Numbered from the stretch's first letter, positions 26,332 through 37,121 are shown. The stretch: 64,000 bases of DNA from an uncultured Pelagibacteraceae bacterium (GCA_902552985.1 CACDII010000004.1:2540-66539), one strand, 5' to 3'. The notes: generated from the letters alone by a model not told the origin. A program made the numbers and translations.

Positions 26332-28008
26332 ATGGATACAAAAAATGTAATAGCTGCAATTTCTTTATCTGCCGCGGTCATAATATTGTATTCATTATTT
26401 TTTGCTCCATCTCCAGAAGAAATGAAGCAAAATAAAATTAAACAAGAACAAGTTCAAAAAGATTCTGACACACCTAGTATTGATCAAAATGAAAATTTTA
26501 TAAAAATAACCAGAAATGAAGCTCTTAAAGAAAATAATAGAATTCAATTTGAAAATAATGATGTCGTTGGATCTATTTCTCTTAAAGGTGCAATAATAGA
26601 TGATTTAACATTTAAAAAATATAATTTTGAGCTTAATGGTAAAGAAAAAGTTGTTCTATTAAACCCAAGAAAAGTTGAAAATGGTTATTTTGTAGAAAGT
26701 GGATTCGTTACTAATAATAAAAACATAGATATACCTAATTCATCTACATTGTGGAAAATTTCAGGAAATAAAAAATTGACTAAAAATAATCCTATAAAAC
26801 TATCCTGGAAAAACCCCCAAGGTATTACATTTGAAAAACAAATAAGTATAGATGATCAATTTTTATTTACTATCAAAGAAAAAGTAATTAACTCAACGGA
26901 TAAAACTTATAGTTTTTATTCTTATGGCCAAATAATTCGTAACAAAAAACCTGAAATTTCTGGTTTTTATATTTTGCATGAAGGTTTTCAAGCAGTCCTA
27001 AATGATGAATTAATTGAAGAAGATTATGACGATATTCAAGAAAAAAAGTTTTCTAGAAATGCTTCTACGGGCTGGTTAGGAATTGGAGATAAATACTGGA
27101 TTACAACTATTATCCCGCCTAGAAATAAGGATTTTAAAACAAATTTTGATTATAAAAATAAATTTAAAGCAAACTACATATCTGCAGAAGGAATTGAAGT
27201 TGGTCCAAATCAAACTATAGAGGAAAAAATAGAAATAATTATCGCAGCAAAAAGAGTGGAAACAATTGATGACTATGCTGCTAGCTTAAAAATAAATAAA
27301 TTTGATTTAGTTATAGATTTTGGAGTTTTATATTGGCTTACTAAGCCACTTTGGCATGCAATTGATTATTTCTTTAAATTACTTGGTAATTATGGCTTAG
27401 CAATAATAGCAGTTACTGTTTGTATTAGACTATTATTTTTCCCATTAGCTTCATTTTCTTTTCGATCAATGGGTAAAATGAAACTTCTTCAACCTGAAAT
27501 GACAAGATTAAAAGAGCTTCACAAAGATGATAAAATGAAATTGCAGCAAGAAATGATGGCACTCTATAAAAGAGAGAAGGTTAATCCTATGAGTGGTTGT
27601 TTACCGATACTTGTACAAATTCCAGTATTCTTTGCATTATATAAAGTGTTGTTCGTAACTATTGAAATGCGACATATGCCTTTTTATGGGTGGATTCATG
27701 ACTTGAGTGATCGTGATCCAACAAGTCTATTTAATCTATTTGGACTACTTCCCTACGATGTTCCATCTTTTTTAGTAATAGGAGCTTGGCCCGTGGCGAT
27801 GGGAGTATCGATGTGGATACAGCAAAAATTAAATCCAAAACCACCAGATCCGGTACAACAAAAAATCTTCGCTTTCTTTCCAATCTTTCTAACAGTGATC
27901 CTAGCTCCATTTCCAGCTGGCCTAGTTATCTATTGGACTTTTAACAATATATTAACTCTAATTCAGCAGTATTACATTCAAAAAAAGATGACTGTTAAAA
28001 CTGTATAA
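26332..28008 (+). CDS. yidC: membrane protein insertase
   Basis: DFG.L, GNYGLAII, NPMSGCLPILVQIPVF, GLVIYW. Confidence 0.96.
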   Translation: MDTKNVIAAISLSAAVIILYSLFFAPSPEEMKQNKIKQEQVQKDSDTPSIDQNENFIKITRNEALKENNRIQFENNDVVGSISLKGAIIDDLTFKKYNFELNGKEKVVLLNPRKVENGYFVESGFVTNNKNIDIPNSSTLWKISGNKKLTKNNPIKLSWKNPQGITFEKQISIDDQFLFTIKEKVINSTDKTYSFYSYGQIIRNKKPEISGFYILHEGFQAVLNDELIEEDYDDIQEKKFSRNASTGWLGIGDKYWITTIIPPRNKDFKTNFDYKNKFKANYISAEGIEVGPNQTIEEKIEIIIAAKRVETIDDYAASLKINKFDLVIDFGVLYWLTKPLWHAIDYFFKLLGNYGLAIIAVTVCIRLLFFPLASFSFRSMGKMKLLQPEMTRLKELHKDDKMKLQQEMMALYKREKVNPMSGCLPILVQIPVFFALYKVLFVTIEMRHMPFYGWIHDLSDRDPTSLFNLFGLLPYDVPSFLVIGAWPVAMGVSMWIQQKLNPKPPDPVQQKIFAFFPIFLTVILAPFPAGLVIYWTFNNILTLIQQYYIQKKMTVKTV

Positions 28009-28024
28009 GTCCTGTATATAAAAA

Positions 28025-28873
28025 ATGAAATTTGAGAATATCTTGCCAATCAACGGTCCATCGGTTGATGAAGTAAAAAAATATATCAATAAGTATAAAA
28101 ATGAATTAATTGTTATAAAATGTGGTGGAAGTGTTTTGTTAGATCCAAATCTATTTAATATTTTTATTAAAGATATTGCTGTTTTAAGAAAAATTGGAGT
28201 AATTCCGATTATAGTACATGGAGGTGGGCCAAAAATTAAAAAAAAATTATTAGAATCGAATATTCAAAGCACTTTCATAAAAGGGTTAAGAGTTACTGAT
28301 AAAAAAACCATTAAAATAGTTGAGAATGTTTTAATAGAACTAAATAAAGAAATTGTAACTTCCTTAAAAAACGAATCTGGTGCAGCAACAAGCATTACAA
28401 CAAAAGAAAACAATATTTTATCTGTTAAACCTGCTGAAAAGGAACTTGGCTTTGTTGGTGTACCAAATAAAATTAAAATAAATATTTTAAATGAAATCAT
28501 AAAGTCTAACAAAATTCCTGTTATTGCCCCAATAGGACTAGATGAAAATGGTCAAAGCTTTAACATCAATGCTGATACTACCGCTGGTGCTATTGCAAAG
28601 AATTTAAAATCAAGAAGATTACTTTTAATGACCGATGTTGAAGGTGTACTTGATAAAAATAAAAAACTAATTTCAGAAATAAAACCTGATACCGCAAAAA
28701 AAATGATAAACGATGAGATTATTACTGGTGGGATGATACCTAAGATTAATACATGCATTGAAGCAATAAATAATGAAGTTAAAGGAGTAGTTATTATAGA
28801 TGGAAGACGACAACATAGTATTCTTTTTGAATTACTTTCTGATAAAGGATCTGGAACATTAATAAGAAAATGA
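28025..28873 (+). CDS. argB: acetylglutamate kinase
   Basis: VIKCGG, VHGGGP, GLRVTD, NINADT, TDV.GV, GGMIPK. Confidence 0.95.
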   Translation: MKFENILPINGPSVDEVKKYINKYKNELIVIKCGGSVLLDPNLFNIFIKDIAVLRKIGVIPIIVHGGGPKIKKKLLESNIQSTFIKGLRVTDKKTIKIVENVLIELNKEIVTSLKNESGAATSITTKENNILSVKPAEKELGFVGVPNKIKINILNEIIKSNKIPVIAPIGLDENGQSFNINADTTAGAIAKNLKSRRLLLMTDVEGVLDKNKKLISEIKPDTAKKMINDEIITGGMIPKINTCIEAINNEVKGVVIIDGRRQHSILFELLSDKGSGTLIRK

Positions 28874-29541
28874 AAGATTTGATTGATATTAAATATTGGA
28901 TATTTGATTTAGATAATACTCTATACAATGGACAAACAAAAGTTTTTTCTGAAGTTGATAAAAAAATGTCAACTTATATATCAAAAAAATTAAATATTAG
29001 TTTAATTGAAGCTAAGGACCTACAGAAAAAATATTTTTATGAAAATGGAACAACTCTCTCTGGTCTTATGAAACATAATAATATCGATCCTTATGAATTT
29101 CTTGAATTTGTACATGAAATAGATATTAGCTGGTTACCAAAAGATAAATTATTAAGAAATGAACTAATAAAAATTAAAGAAAAAAAAATTATCTTTACCA
29201 ATGGCTCTCATTCTCATGTGAGAAATGTTACAGAACAACTAGGAATATCGGATTTATTTGATGGTACATTTGCAATAACAGATGCAAATTTTATACCTAA
29301 ACCGTTTAAAGAGCCTTATAAAAAATTAATAAAAAAATTTAACATTGAGCCAGCAAAATCTATATTAATTGAGGATATTGCACATAATTTAGAACAAGCT
29401 AAAAATCTAGGAATGAAAACTTGTTGGCTTGAAAATGAAGAAACCTTCGCGAAAAAAGGTGCTGATAAACCTTATATTGATTATAAGATTAAAAACTTGC
29501 CTTCTTTTCTCCAAAAAATTAATATATTAAAAGCAGCATAA
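28870..29541 (+). CDS. HAD-family pyrimidine 5'-nucleotidase-like hydrolase
   Basis: WIFDLDNTLY, GTTLSGLM, FTNG, PKP, IED..NL. Confidence 0.85.
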   Translation: MKDLIDIKYWIFDLDNTLYNGQTKVFSEVDKKMSTYISKKLNISLIEAKDLQKKYFYENGTTLSGLMKHNNIDPYEFLEFVHEIDISWLPKDKLLRNELIKIKEKKIIFTNGSHSHVRNVTEQLGISDLFDGTFAITDANFIPKPFKEPYKKLIKKFNIEPAKSILIEDIAHNLEQAKNLGMKTCWLENEETFAKKGADKPYIDYKIKNLPSFLQKINILKAA

Positions 29542-29561
29542 ATAAATTCACTAATACAAAA

Positions 29562-30392
29562 ATGAAAGAATTCGAAAAAATAATTAATGACGCTTGGGAA
29601 AATAAAGAGAAAGTTAATCAAGACTCGGATAAAAATCTAAAAGACACCATTAACCAGATTATTAAAGATTTAGATTCTGGAAAAGTAAGAGTTGCAGAAA
29701 AAATTAATGGCAAATGGATTACTCATCAACATATTAAAAAAGCTATCATGCTAAGCTTTAGAATCTATCCTATGGAAAACTTAAGTGGACCATATAGCAG
29801 CTGGTATGATAAAGCGCATTTATTGAAAGGTAAAACTGCAAACTGGACTAAAAAACAACATGAGGCAGCTGGATTTAGAATGACACCTAATTCTCCGGTT
29901 CGCCCAGGATCTTTTATTGGTAAGAATGCTGTTCTTATGCCTTGTTATGTAAATATTGGAGCATACATTGGAGCAGGCACAATGATGGACACTTTCAGTC
30001 GTGCAGGAAGCTGTTGTCAAATAGGAGAAAATTGTCATATCTCTGCAGGTTCAGGAATCGGGGGTGTTTTAGAGCCCGCTCAAGCACTACCAACAATAAT
30101 CGAAGACAATGTATTTGTTGGTGCTATGTCAGAAGTTGTTGAGGGAATAATAGTAGGTGAAGGATCAGTTTTAAGTATGGGCATGTACATTGGACAATCA
30201 ACTAAAATTGTAAATAGAAAAACTGGTGAAATTACTTATGGTAAAATTCCACCGTACTCGGTTGTTGTTCCAGGTTCGCTACCAGACAAAAATAATTCTT
30301 CTGCACCATCATTATATTGTGCAGTAATAATTAAACAAGTTGACGAAAAAACAAGATCTAAAACATCAGTTAACGATCTTTTGAGAGAATAA
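29562..30392 (+). CDS. dapD: tetrahydrodipicolinate N-succinyltransferase
   Basis: G.VRVAEK, VNIGAY, GIGGVLEP.QA.PTIIED, LYCAVIIKQVD. Confidence 0.95.
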   Translation: MKEFEKIINDAWENKEKVNQDSDKNLKDTINQIIKDLDSGKVRVAEKINGKWITHQHIKKAIMLSFRIYPMENLSGPYSSWYDKAHLLKGKTANWTKKQHEAAGFRMTPNSPVRPGSFIGKNAVLMPCYVNIGAYIGAGTMMDTFSRAGSCCQIGENCHISAGSGIGGVLEPAQALPTIIEDNVFVGAMSEVVEGIIVGEGSVLSMGMYIGQSTKIVNRKTGEITYGKIPPYSVVVPGSLPDKNNSSAPSLYCAVIIKQVDEKTRSKTSVNDLLRE

Positions 30393-30396
30393 AATC

Positions 30397-31554
30397 ATGT
30401 CAATTTTAAACGAAGTTAAATTAGCTAAAGAGCTAATCAAATTCCCATCTGTAACTCCAATTGATGCTGGGGTAATGAAATTTCTAGAAAGGAAATTAAA
30501 AAAGTTAGGATTCAAAACTAAAATAATTGAGTTTAAAGAGAAAAATTTTAAACCTGTTAAAAATCTATATGCAAGAATAGGTAATAAAGGACCTAATTTT
30601 TGTTATGCGGGGCACTTAGATGTTGTGCCTCCTGGTAATATAAAACATTGGACAATTAACCCCTTTAAACCATCTATTAAGAAAGGTCATTTAATCGGTA
30701 GAGGTGCTAATGATATGAAAAGTTCTATCGCAGCTTTTGTTTCGGCTGTTAGTATTTTTGTAAACAAAAATAATAAATTTAATGGATCAATCAGTCTATT
30801 AATTACTGGAGACGAGGAAGGTGATGCAATTAATGGTACAAAAAAAGTTGTTGATTATTTAAAGAAGAAAAAAGAAAAAATTAATTTCTGCTTAGTTGGA
30901 GAGCCAACAAATCCAAATAAGTTAGGGGAAATGATGAAAATAGGACGTAGAGGAAGTTTAACTGGAAGGATTAGAATAAATGGTGTCCAAGGTCACGTTG
31001 CATATCCACATAGAGCAAATAATCCCTCAACAACAATTGTTGAAATTTTAAAAGAACTAAAGGATATTCAATTTGACAAAGGAACAAAGGATTTTCAACC
31101 AACAAATTTAGAAATCACTAGTATAAATATTAATAATAGCGCAGATAATGTTATTCCAGGATATGCAGACGCAACTTTTAATATTCGGTTTAATAATAGG
31201 CATTCATCAAATTCTATAAAAAAAAAACTTAATAAAGTTTTAAGAAAAATAACTAAAAAAAGAAAATCAAGCTATAAAGTAGAATATAGAGTTTCTGGAG
31301 AAGCTTTTTTAACTAGGCCAAATGCTACAACTTTTATGATTCAAAATATAATAAAAAAAATTACAAAAATAAAACCAAAACTATCTACAACCGGAGGAAC
31401 ATCCGACGCAAGATTTATTAGAAAAATTACACCATGCTTAGAGTTTGGTTTGGTAGGTAAAACTATGCATAAAATTGATGAGGCTGTTTCTATCTCGGAT
31501 TTAAGAAAGTTAACTAAAATATACTCTGAAATTCTAATAAATTACTTTAAATGA
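30397..31554 (+). CDS. dapE: succinyl-diaminopimelate desuccinylase
   Basis: AGHLDVVPPG, GRGANDMK, TGDEEG, GEP, GRRGS, GHVAYP, GGTSDARF. Confidence 0.95.
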   Translation: MSILNEVKLAKELIKFPSVTPIDAGVMKFLERKLKKLGFKTKIIEFKEKNFKPVKNLYARIGNKGPNFCYAGHLDVVPPGNIKHWTINPFKPSIKKGHLIGRGANDMKSSIAAFVSAVSIFVNKNNKFNGSISLLITGDEEGDAINGTKKVVDYLKKKKEKINFCLVGEPTNPNKLGEMMKIGRRGSLTGRIRINGVQGHVAYPHRANNPSTTIVEILKELKDIQFDKGTKDFQPTNLEITSININNSADNVIPGYADATFNIRFNNRHSSNSIKKKLNKVLRKITKKRKSSYKVEYRVSGEAFLTRPNATTFMIQNIIKKITKIKPKLSTTGGTSDARFIRKITPCLEFGLVGKTMHKIDEAVSISDLRKLTKIYSEILINYFK

Positions 31555-32480
31555 AAACTGCTTTAATAACCTCTAATACCTATCAAAATCACAACACGGG
31601 AGCTGGTCATCCAGAAAAAATAGATAGGGTTACGGCTATAATTGAAAATTTTAAAAAATTAGATAATAAAAATCTTACTTGGAAAAAACCAATTAAGTTT
31701 GATAAATCAATTTTAAAAAATACTCATAATTCAGATTATATAAATTTTGTAGAAAAATCTTTTCCAAAGCAAGGATTGTCATTTTTAGATGGCGATACTG
31801 TTGTATCACCTGGCAGTAAAGATGCTGTTGTGGATGCAGTAGGCTCAATTATTACAGCAATTGATGGAGTTCAAAATAAAGAATTTAAAAATGCGTTTTG
31901 TGCAGTAAGACCACCTGGGCATCATGCTGAAAAAAGTAAAGCTATGGGTTTTTGTATTTATAATAATGTAGCTGTTGGAGCTAATTATTTATTAAAAAAA
32001 TATAAACTTAATAAAGTAGCAATTATTGATTTTGATGTTCACCATGGAAATGGAACGCAAGATATTTTTTATAATAATGAAAAAGTTTTATATATATCAA
32101 CTCATCAATATCCTTACTATCCTGGAACGGGAACCGAAAATGAGAAAGGTAAGTATAACAATATTTTTAATATTCCATTACCAGCAGGTACTACCTCTAA
32201 AGAATATCTAAATGCATATGAATTTGTACTTAAAAAAATTAATGAATTTAAACCTGAGTTTATTTTATTTTCAGCAGGTTTTGATGCTCATAAAGATGAT
32301 CCATTAGCGCAGTTTCAACTAACTTCTAATGATTTCTATCATTTAACCAAAAGAACTTTAGAATTGTCCAAACTTTATTGTAGTGGAAAGATTGTTTCTA
32401 TTTTAGAAGGGGGATATGATCTTAATGCTCTTCAAGAAAGTACCGTGAAGCATGTTAACGCACTCTTAGAATTTAATTGA
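31551..32480 (+). CDS. Zn-dependent histone deacetylase-family amidohydrolase
   Basis: GHPE, RPPGHHA, GFC, DFDVHHGNGT, SAGFDAH.DD, LEGGY. Confidence 0.92.
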   Translation: MKTALITSNTYQNHNTGAGHPEKIDRVTAIIENFKKLDNKNLTWKKPIKFDKSILKNTHNSDYINFVEKSFPKQGLSFLDGDTVVSPGSKDAVVDAVGSIITAIDGVQNKEFKNAFCAVRPPGHHAEKSKAMGFCIYNNVAVGANYLLKKYKLNKVAIIDFDVHHGNGTQDIFYNNEKVLYISTHQYPYYPGTGTENEKGKYNNIFNIPLPAGTTSKEYLNAYEFVLKKINEFKPEFILFSAGFDAHKDDPLAQFQLTSNDFYHLTKRTLELSKLYCSGKIVSILEGGYDLNALQESTVKHVNALLEFN

Positions 32481-32510
32481 TAATTAAAAATTATTTATTA
32501 AAGAGTGCTA

Positions 32511-32987
32511 ATGAAACTTTATAAAATAAAAAAATCAAATATTGATAGAAATGGGCGTGGTCTTTACGCTACTAAGAATATTAAAGCTGGAACTAAAATT
32601 ATAGAATATGTAGGAAAGATTATTACAAAAAAACAATCTGATGAATCTGATAAATTTGATAACTCAAAACCAATTTATTTGTTTAATTTAAATAAAAAAT
32701 ATGATTTGGACGGTGCAGTACCATGGAATCCGGCTCGATTAATTAATCACAGTTGCTCTAATAATGCCGACTATGAAGGAACAAATTTAAAAATTTGGGT
32801 TATTGCAAATAAAGAAATTAAAAAAGGTGAGGAAATAACTTGTGACTATGGTTTTGGTTATGACTCTGATTATAAACAGTTTCCTTGTAAGTGTAAATCT
32901 ATCAATTGCTGTGGTTTCATAATTAGAAGTGAAAGCCGCTGGAGAATTAACAAAAAATTTAGGAAAAATTTAAGAATTAGTAGATAA
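32511..32987 (+). CDS. SET-domain lysine methyltransferase with post-SET cysteines
   Basis: GRGLYA, IIEYVG, ARLINHSC, GEEITCDYG, C-terminal CKCKSINC. Confidence 0.9.
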   Translation: MKLYKIKKSNIDRNGRGLYATKNIKAGTKIIEYVGKIITKKQSDESDKFDNSKPIYLFNLNKKYDLDGAVPWNPARLINHSCSNNADYEGTNLKIWVIANKEIKKGEEITCDYGFGYDSDYKQFPCKCKSINCCGFIIRSESRWRINKKFRKNLRISR

Positions 32988-33717
32988 CTTTTTCAAGGTA
33001 TAATCCACAGGCTGGTGCTGGTGGTGCACAATTTTTTCTTTTTTTTGATTTTAAAACATTTTCAAATTTTTTAATATTCCATTTTTTTTCCGCTAAGTAT
33101 TTTAAACATCCAACCATCGATCTAACTTGATTTCTTAAAAAAGATTTTGACCTAAATTCAATTTCAATTTTATTGTTTACATTTTTTATAGTTATTTTGT
33201 TTATTTTTTTTATAGGACTTTTGGCATAACAATTTGCAGCCCTCATTGTACTAAAATCATGTGTCCCTACTAATTTTTTAGCTCCTTCTTTTAATAATTT
33301 AATATCTAGTTTCTTTTTTATGTGCCATACTCTTTCATTTTCTATAACAGGCGTAGCTAAACGGTTAATAATAAAGTATTTGTATACTCTCTCTTTTGCA
33401 GAATACCTTGCATGAAAATTTTTATTTCTTTTAATAATATTAATTATGGAAATTTTTTTTGAACTTAAAAAAAAATTTAGAGATTTAATCATTTTATCTA
33501 TATTTTGTATTTTATTTTTAATATCAAAGTGAGCCGATTGTTCGTTTGCGTGAACTTCACTGTCAGTACGCCCTGCAGAATATAAAATAATTTTTTGCTT
33601 CAATAATTTTGACAAAATTGATTGTATTATTTTTTGAACAGATTTTCCTTTTTTTTGTATTTGCCAACCTACAAAAGGAGTTCCCACATATTCAATTAAA
33701 ATTTGATATCTATACAT
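32977..33717 (-). CDS. truA: tRNA pseudouridine(38-40) synthase
   Basis: EY.GT.F.GWQ, AGRTD.EVHA, FHARY, GTHDFS, SFLRNQVR. Confidence 0.95.
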   Translation of the reverse strand: MYRYQILIEYVGTPFVGWQIQKKGKSVQKIIQSILSKLLKQKIILYSAGRTDSEVHANEQSAHFDIKNKIQNIDKMIKSLNFFLSSKKISIINIIKRNKNFHARYSAKERVYKYFIINRLATPVIENERVWHIKKKLDIKLLKEGAKKLVGTHDFSTMRAANCYAKSPIKKINKITIKNVNNKIEIEFRSKSFLRNQVRSMVGCLKYLAEKKWNIKKFENVLKSKKRKNCAPPAPACGLYLEKVIY

Positions 33718-34640
33718 TAAGCAATATTGGTACCTTTTTTGATTTGGGTACCAAGTAGAAATTCATTTATTTGCTGAACTCTTTTGCCTTCTCGTTGAAT
33801 ACTTAATACTTTTATTGATCCCTCTCCACAACATATTTCAAAGTTTTCACTTATTATTTCGCCTGGCTTTCCTGTTGTACTGGATTTTTTAGCTTTTAAT
33901 ATTTTATATCTTTCTCCATTAAATGAAAAAAAAGCGCCAGGATATGGATAAAGTCCATTTATTTTTCCAATTATTTTTTCCGCATTTTCATTCCAATCAA
34001 TTTTTCCCTCTGTTTTTTGGATTTTTTTTGCATAGGTTGCTTTTGAATGGTCTTGATCCTTAAATTCTACATTTCCATCATCAATATTATCTAAAATATC
34101 CAAAATCTTTTCTGAAGCTATCAATGATAGTTTTTCAGACAATTCTTCTGAATTCATTTCTTCTGAAATTTTTAAGGAGTATTGATTGCAAACTGGACCT
34201 TCATCAAGATTTTCGTTTATTCTCATAATACTAATACCTGTTTCTTTATCCAAATTCATTATTGATCTTTGAATAGGCGCCGCTCCCCGCCATTTTGGGA
34301 GTAAAGAAGCATGAACATTTAAGAATCCATGTTTTGGAATATTTAAAAGATTTTTAGGTATAATCTGCCCAAATGAAATTACCAAAATAATATCTGGCTG
34401 CAATTCAGTAAGATATAATTCTTCTTTCTTGTTATTTTTTAACGATTGAGGAGTTCTTACATGCAAACTTATATTTTCAGAAAATAAATTTATCGGTGAC
34501 TTAGCTAATTTTAAACCTCTATTGGATTTTTTAGGAGGTTGGGTATAAACAACAGAGATTGGATATCCATTTTGATAAAGTGACTTTAAAATAGGAACAG
34601 CAAAATTTGATGTTCCCATAAAAACTATTTTTTTGCTCAT
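33717..34640 (-). CDS. fmt: methionyl-tRNA formyltransferase
   Basis: VFMGT..FA, NVHASLLP.WRGAAPIQR, ATYAKKI. Confidence 0.96.
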   Translation of the reverse strand: MSKKIVFMGTSNFAVPILKSLYQNGYPISVVYTQPPKKSNRGLKLAKSPINLFSENISLHVRTPQSLKNNKKEELYLTELQPDIILVISFGQIIPKNLLNIPKHGFLNVHASLLPKWRGAAPIQRSIMNLDKETGISIMRINENLDEGPVCNQYSLKISEEMNSEELSEKLSLIASEKILDILDNIDDGNVEFKDQDHSKATYAKKIQKTEGKIDWNENAEKIIGKINGLYPYPGAFFSFNGERYKILKAKKSSTTGKPGEIISENFEICCGEGSIKVLSIQREGKRVQQINEFLLGTQIKKGTNIA

Positions 34641-34642
34641 AA

Positions 34643-35167
34643 CTAAAGAACAACTCTGTCTTCATTATTTTTTAATTTGGATAGTTTTTTTATAATCATT
34701 GATTTTTTTAATTTTGATAAATAATCAATAAATAAAATTCCTTCTAAATGATCCATTTCATGTTGAATACAGGTTGCTAAAAGACCTTCAGCTTTTAAAA
34801 TTTTTTTTTGACCATGATAATCTAAATATTCGACCTCACATTTACTTGGTCTTTCTACTTCTGCAAATTGACCTGGAACTGACAAACAACCTTCCTCATA
34901 AATAGATTTTTCAATATTTTTATTTTTAATTATAGGATTAACAAAATACATTGGTTCATTTTTATCTTGATCTTTTGAAATATCCATAACTATTACTCTT
35001 TTAGGTATACCAATTTGTATTGCTGCCAAACCAATTCCTTTAGCTGCATACATAGTATCTAACATATCATCCATTAATTTCTGTTCACTTTCGCTAACCA
35101 TTGCAACTGGTTTAGATACTTGTCTTAATATCTTGTTAGGTTCAGTAATAATTGTTTTAACTGCCAT
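34643..35167 (-). CDS. def: peptide deformylase
   Basis: GIGLAAIQIG, EGCLS, QHEMDHL. Confidence 0.97.
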   Translation of the reverse strand: MAVKTIITEPNKILRQVSKPVAMVSESEQKLMDDMLDTMYAAKGIGLAAIQIGIPKRVIVMDISKDQDKNEPMYFVNPIIKNKNIEKSIYEEGCLSVPGQFAEVERPSKCEVEYLDYHGQKKILKAEGLLATCIQHEMDHLEGILFIDYLSKLKKSMIIKKLSKLKNNEDRVVL

Positions 35168-35188
35168 ACGCTAATTTTATTATATTTT

Positions 35189-36964
35189 TTAAACTTTTAA
35201 AGGAAGAACTTTTAATAAAATTTTATTTCTTAACTTATCAATATTAAGCTGATTTAGAGCACTTATTATAAAATATAGTGTTTCAGATCCAATATCATTT
35301 AAATCATCTTGTCCAATAACTTCAACTAATCTAAGTAAAACCACTCCAACATCGTTACTATTAATTAATTTTTGTATATCTTCAGGCATATTTGAATTTT
35401 CTTTTTCGTAAAGACTATCATATTTTTTTGGAACTTTTATACCGTCAGATTTTAATGACTCCATTAAAATTATATCTTTTGTAGAAAAAAAATAATTTTT
35501 ATTTTTTTTAATTTTTCTCAATATATCATTTAAATCTTTTTCAACATTTTTTGTTGGAATATCTGATCTAAAATAATTTAGTAATTTTGATCTATGAAGA
35601 ATTTTATTATTAATTTTAATTTTTTTTAAATTATTTTCATCCTCATTTAAAAAATTATTGTAAAAACTTATATAATTTGAAGGTATATCATCTTCTTTTA
35701 CTTCTTTTAAAAGACGAACTAACTCAAATTTAAATGCATTAGTAATATCATCTTTTAAAAATAAATCTTTCAAAAGCTTAATAAGCTCTAATTTAGAATC
35801 AACTTCATTTGTAATTAAAATACCTTGATAAACTAATGCTCTTGCCTCTGAATTTTCCAAAAGTTTATAAGATTGTTTAACACTTAAAAGCTGATTTATA
35901 TTAAATTGAAATCTTTTATAAATGTCAAATAAATCTTTTTCACTATAATTACCTTCGTGAGTAGCTTTTTCAATAATAGCGATTTTATTTTTATCCTCTA
36001 AATCTACACTTGCAATATCATCAAGTAAATTTGAAGATGAAAGATAACTCCAAATAATTTTGGATGTGGATTCATTTGGTTCAAATTCAAAATTAGAAAT
36101 TGTTCTATGAGATAAATGAAAATCTAAAATTGATTTTTGTGAAATTTTATCATCAGTTTTATCTGAATAACCAACTAAATAATTAAATTTACTCTCAAAA
36201 AATTTATCTTTAAAACCTAGTTCCTTTTTTAAATCAAATTGTAGTTGGGCCTCTTCTTTTTTATTATCATTAATCAAACAATAAATAATAAATTTGGTTA
36301 AATAATTATCATTATAATTTTCTTCAACTTTAGATAATAAATCACAAGATTTTTCAAGTTCTGCTTTTGACAAATGTTCGTTTGCTGCAAACTTAATTAA
36401 CTCAACATTTTCCTTAAAACCTTTATTTTTAATTACATAATCCTCAATTAACTTAGTTTCTTTATTTCTTATAAGTAAATTTACTTTTAATTTAACAAAT
36501 TCCTCTTCAGTGATATTTTTTTTAGGAAAATAAGAATTCGTTAAAAATAAAGTATTTAAAATTTCTTTTGAATCTTGTGATAATTTAATTTTTTCTATTC
36601 TGTTATAAATATCTAATATTTGATTACCATCAGAATTGGACCACATATTAATATTCAAATCATTGTCGGAGGGATCATATAATCCTGCTATTTTTATTTT
36701 TTTTGATATTAAAGTTTCATCTTGTTCAATCTCTAAAATATTTTGATTTTGGCTATTGATTTGTTTTTCGTAAATTGACTCCTCTAAATCATCATCTGGT
36801 ACATTACTTTCATTTTCGATAATTTTAGTCTCTTCTGTTTCTTTTTTTGTATCAACATTCCATATATCCGTAGGTTCATTTGAATTTGATTTAAAAACAA
36901 GTGTAAAAAAAAAAATCAAAATAATTGATAAATTTAATTTATTTAACAACTTTAAGATTTTCAT
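35189..36964 (-). CDS. exported or membrane-anchored hypothetical protein
   Basis: 591-aa ORF with N-terminal hydrophobic segment and apparently helical body; no motif recognised. Confidence 0.7.
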   Translation of the reverse strand: MKILKLLNKLNLSIILIFFFTLVFKSNSNEPTDIWNVDTKKETEETKIIENESNVPDDDLEESIYEKQINSQNQNILEIEQDETLISKKIKIAGLYDPSDNDLNINMWSNSDGNQILDIYNRIEKIKLSQDSKEILNTLFLTNSYFPKKNITEEEFVKLKVNLLIRNKETKLIEDYVIKNKGFKENVELIKFAANEHLSKAELEKSCDLLSKVEENYNDNYLTKFIIYCLINDNKKEEAQLQFDLKKELGFKDKFFESKFNYLVGYSDKTDDKISQKSILDFHLSHRTISNFEFEPNESTSKIIWSYLSSSNLLDDIASVDLEDKNKIAIIEKATHEGNYSEKDLFDIYKRFQFNINQLLSVKQSYKLLENSEARALVYQGILITNEVDSKLELIKLLKDLFLKDDITNAFKFELVRLLKEVKEDDIPSNYISFYNNFLNEDENNLKKIKINNKILHRSKLLNYFRSDIPTKNVEKDLNDILRKIKKNKNYFFSTKDIILMESLKSDGIKVPKKYDSLYEKENSNMPEDIQKLINSNDVGVVLLRLVEVIGQDDLNDIGSETLYFIISALNQLNIDKLRNKILLKVLPLKV

Positions 36965-37121
36965 TTGGTATTATTTTTTCAATTTTTTTATTTGGGGTAG
37001 GGAAATCTATTTTATCAACAAATATTATTGCAGCAAAAACTAAAACAGAAATTAAAGCAACTTTAATTAAAACTTTTACAAAAAAGCTAGACCTGTCCCC
37101 TTGTCTTTTATGAAATTTCAT
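36939..37121 (-). CDS. small single-TM hypothetical protein (probable start ATG 37121)
   Basis: One TM helix then P.P..K.IP pattern; overlaps start of the downstream gene. Confidence 0.6.
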   Translation of the reverse strand: MKFHKRQGDRSSFFVKVLIKVALISVLVFAAIIFVDKIDFPTPNKKIEKIIPNENLKVVK

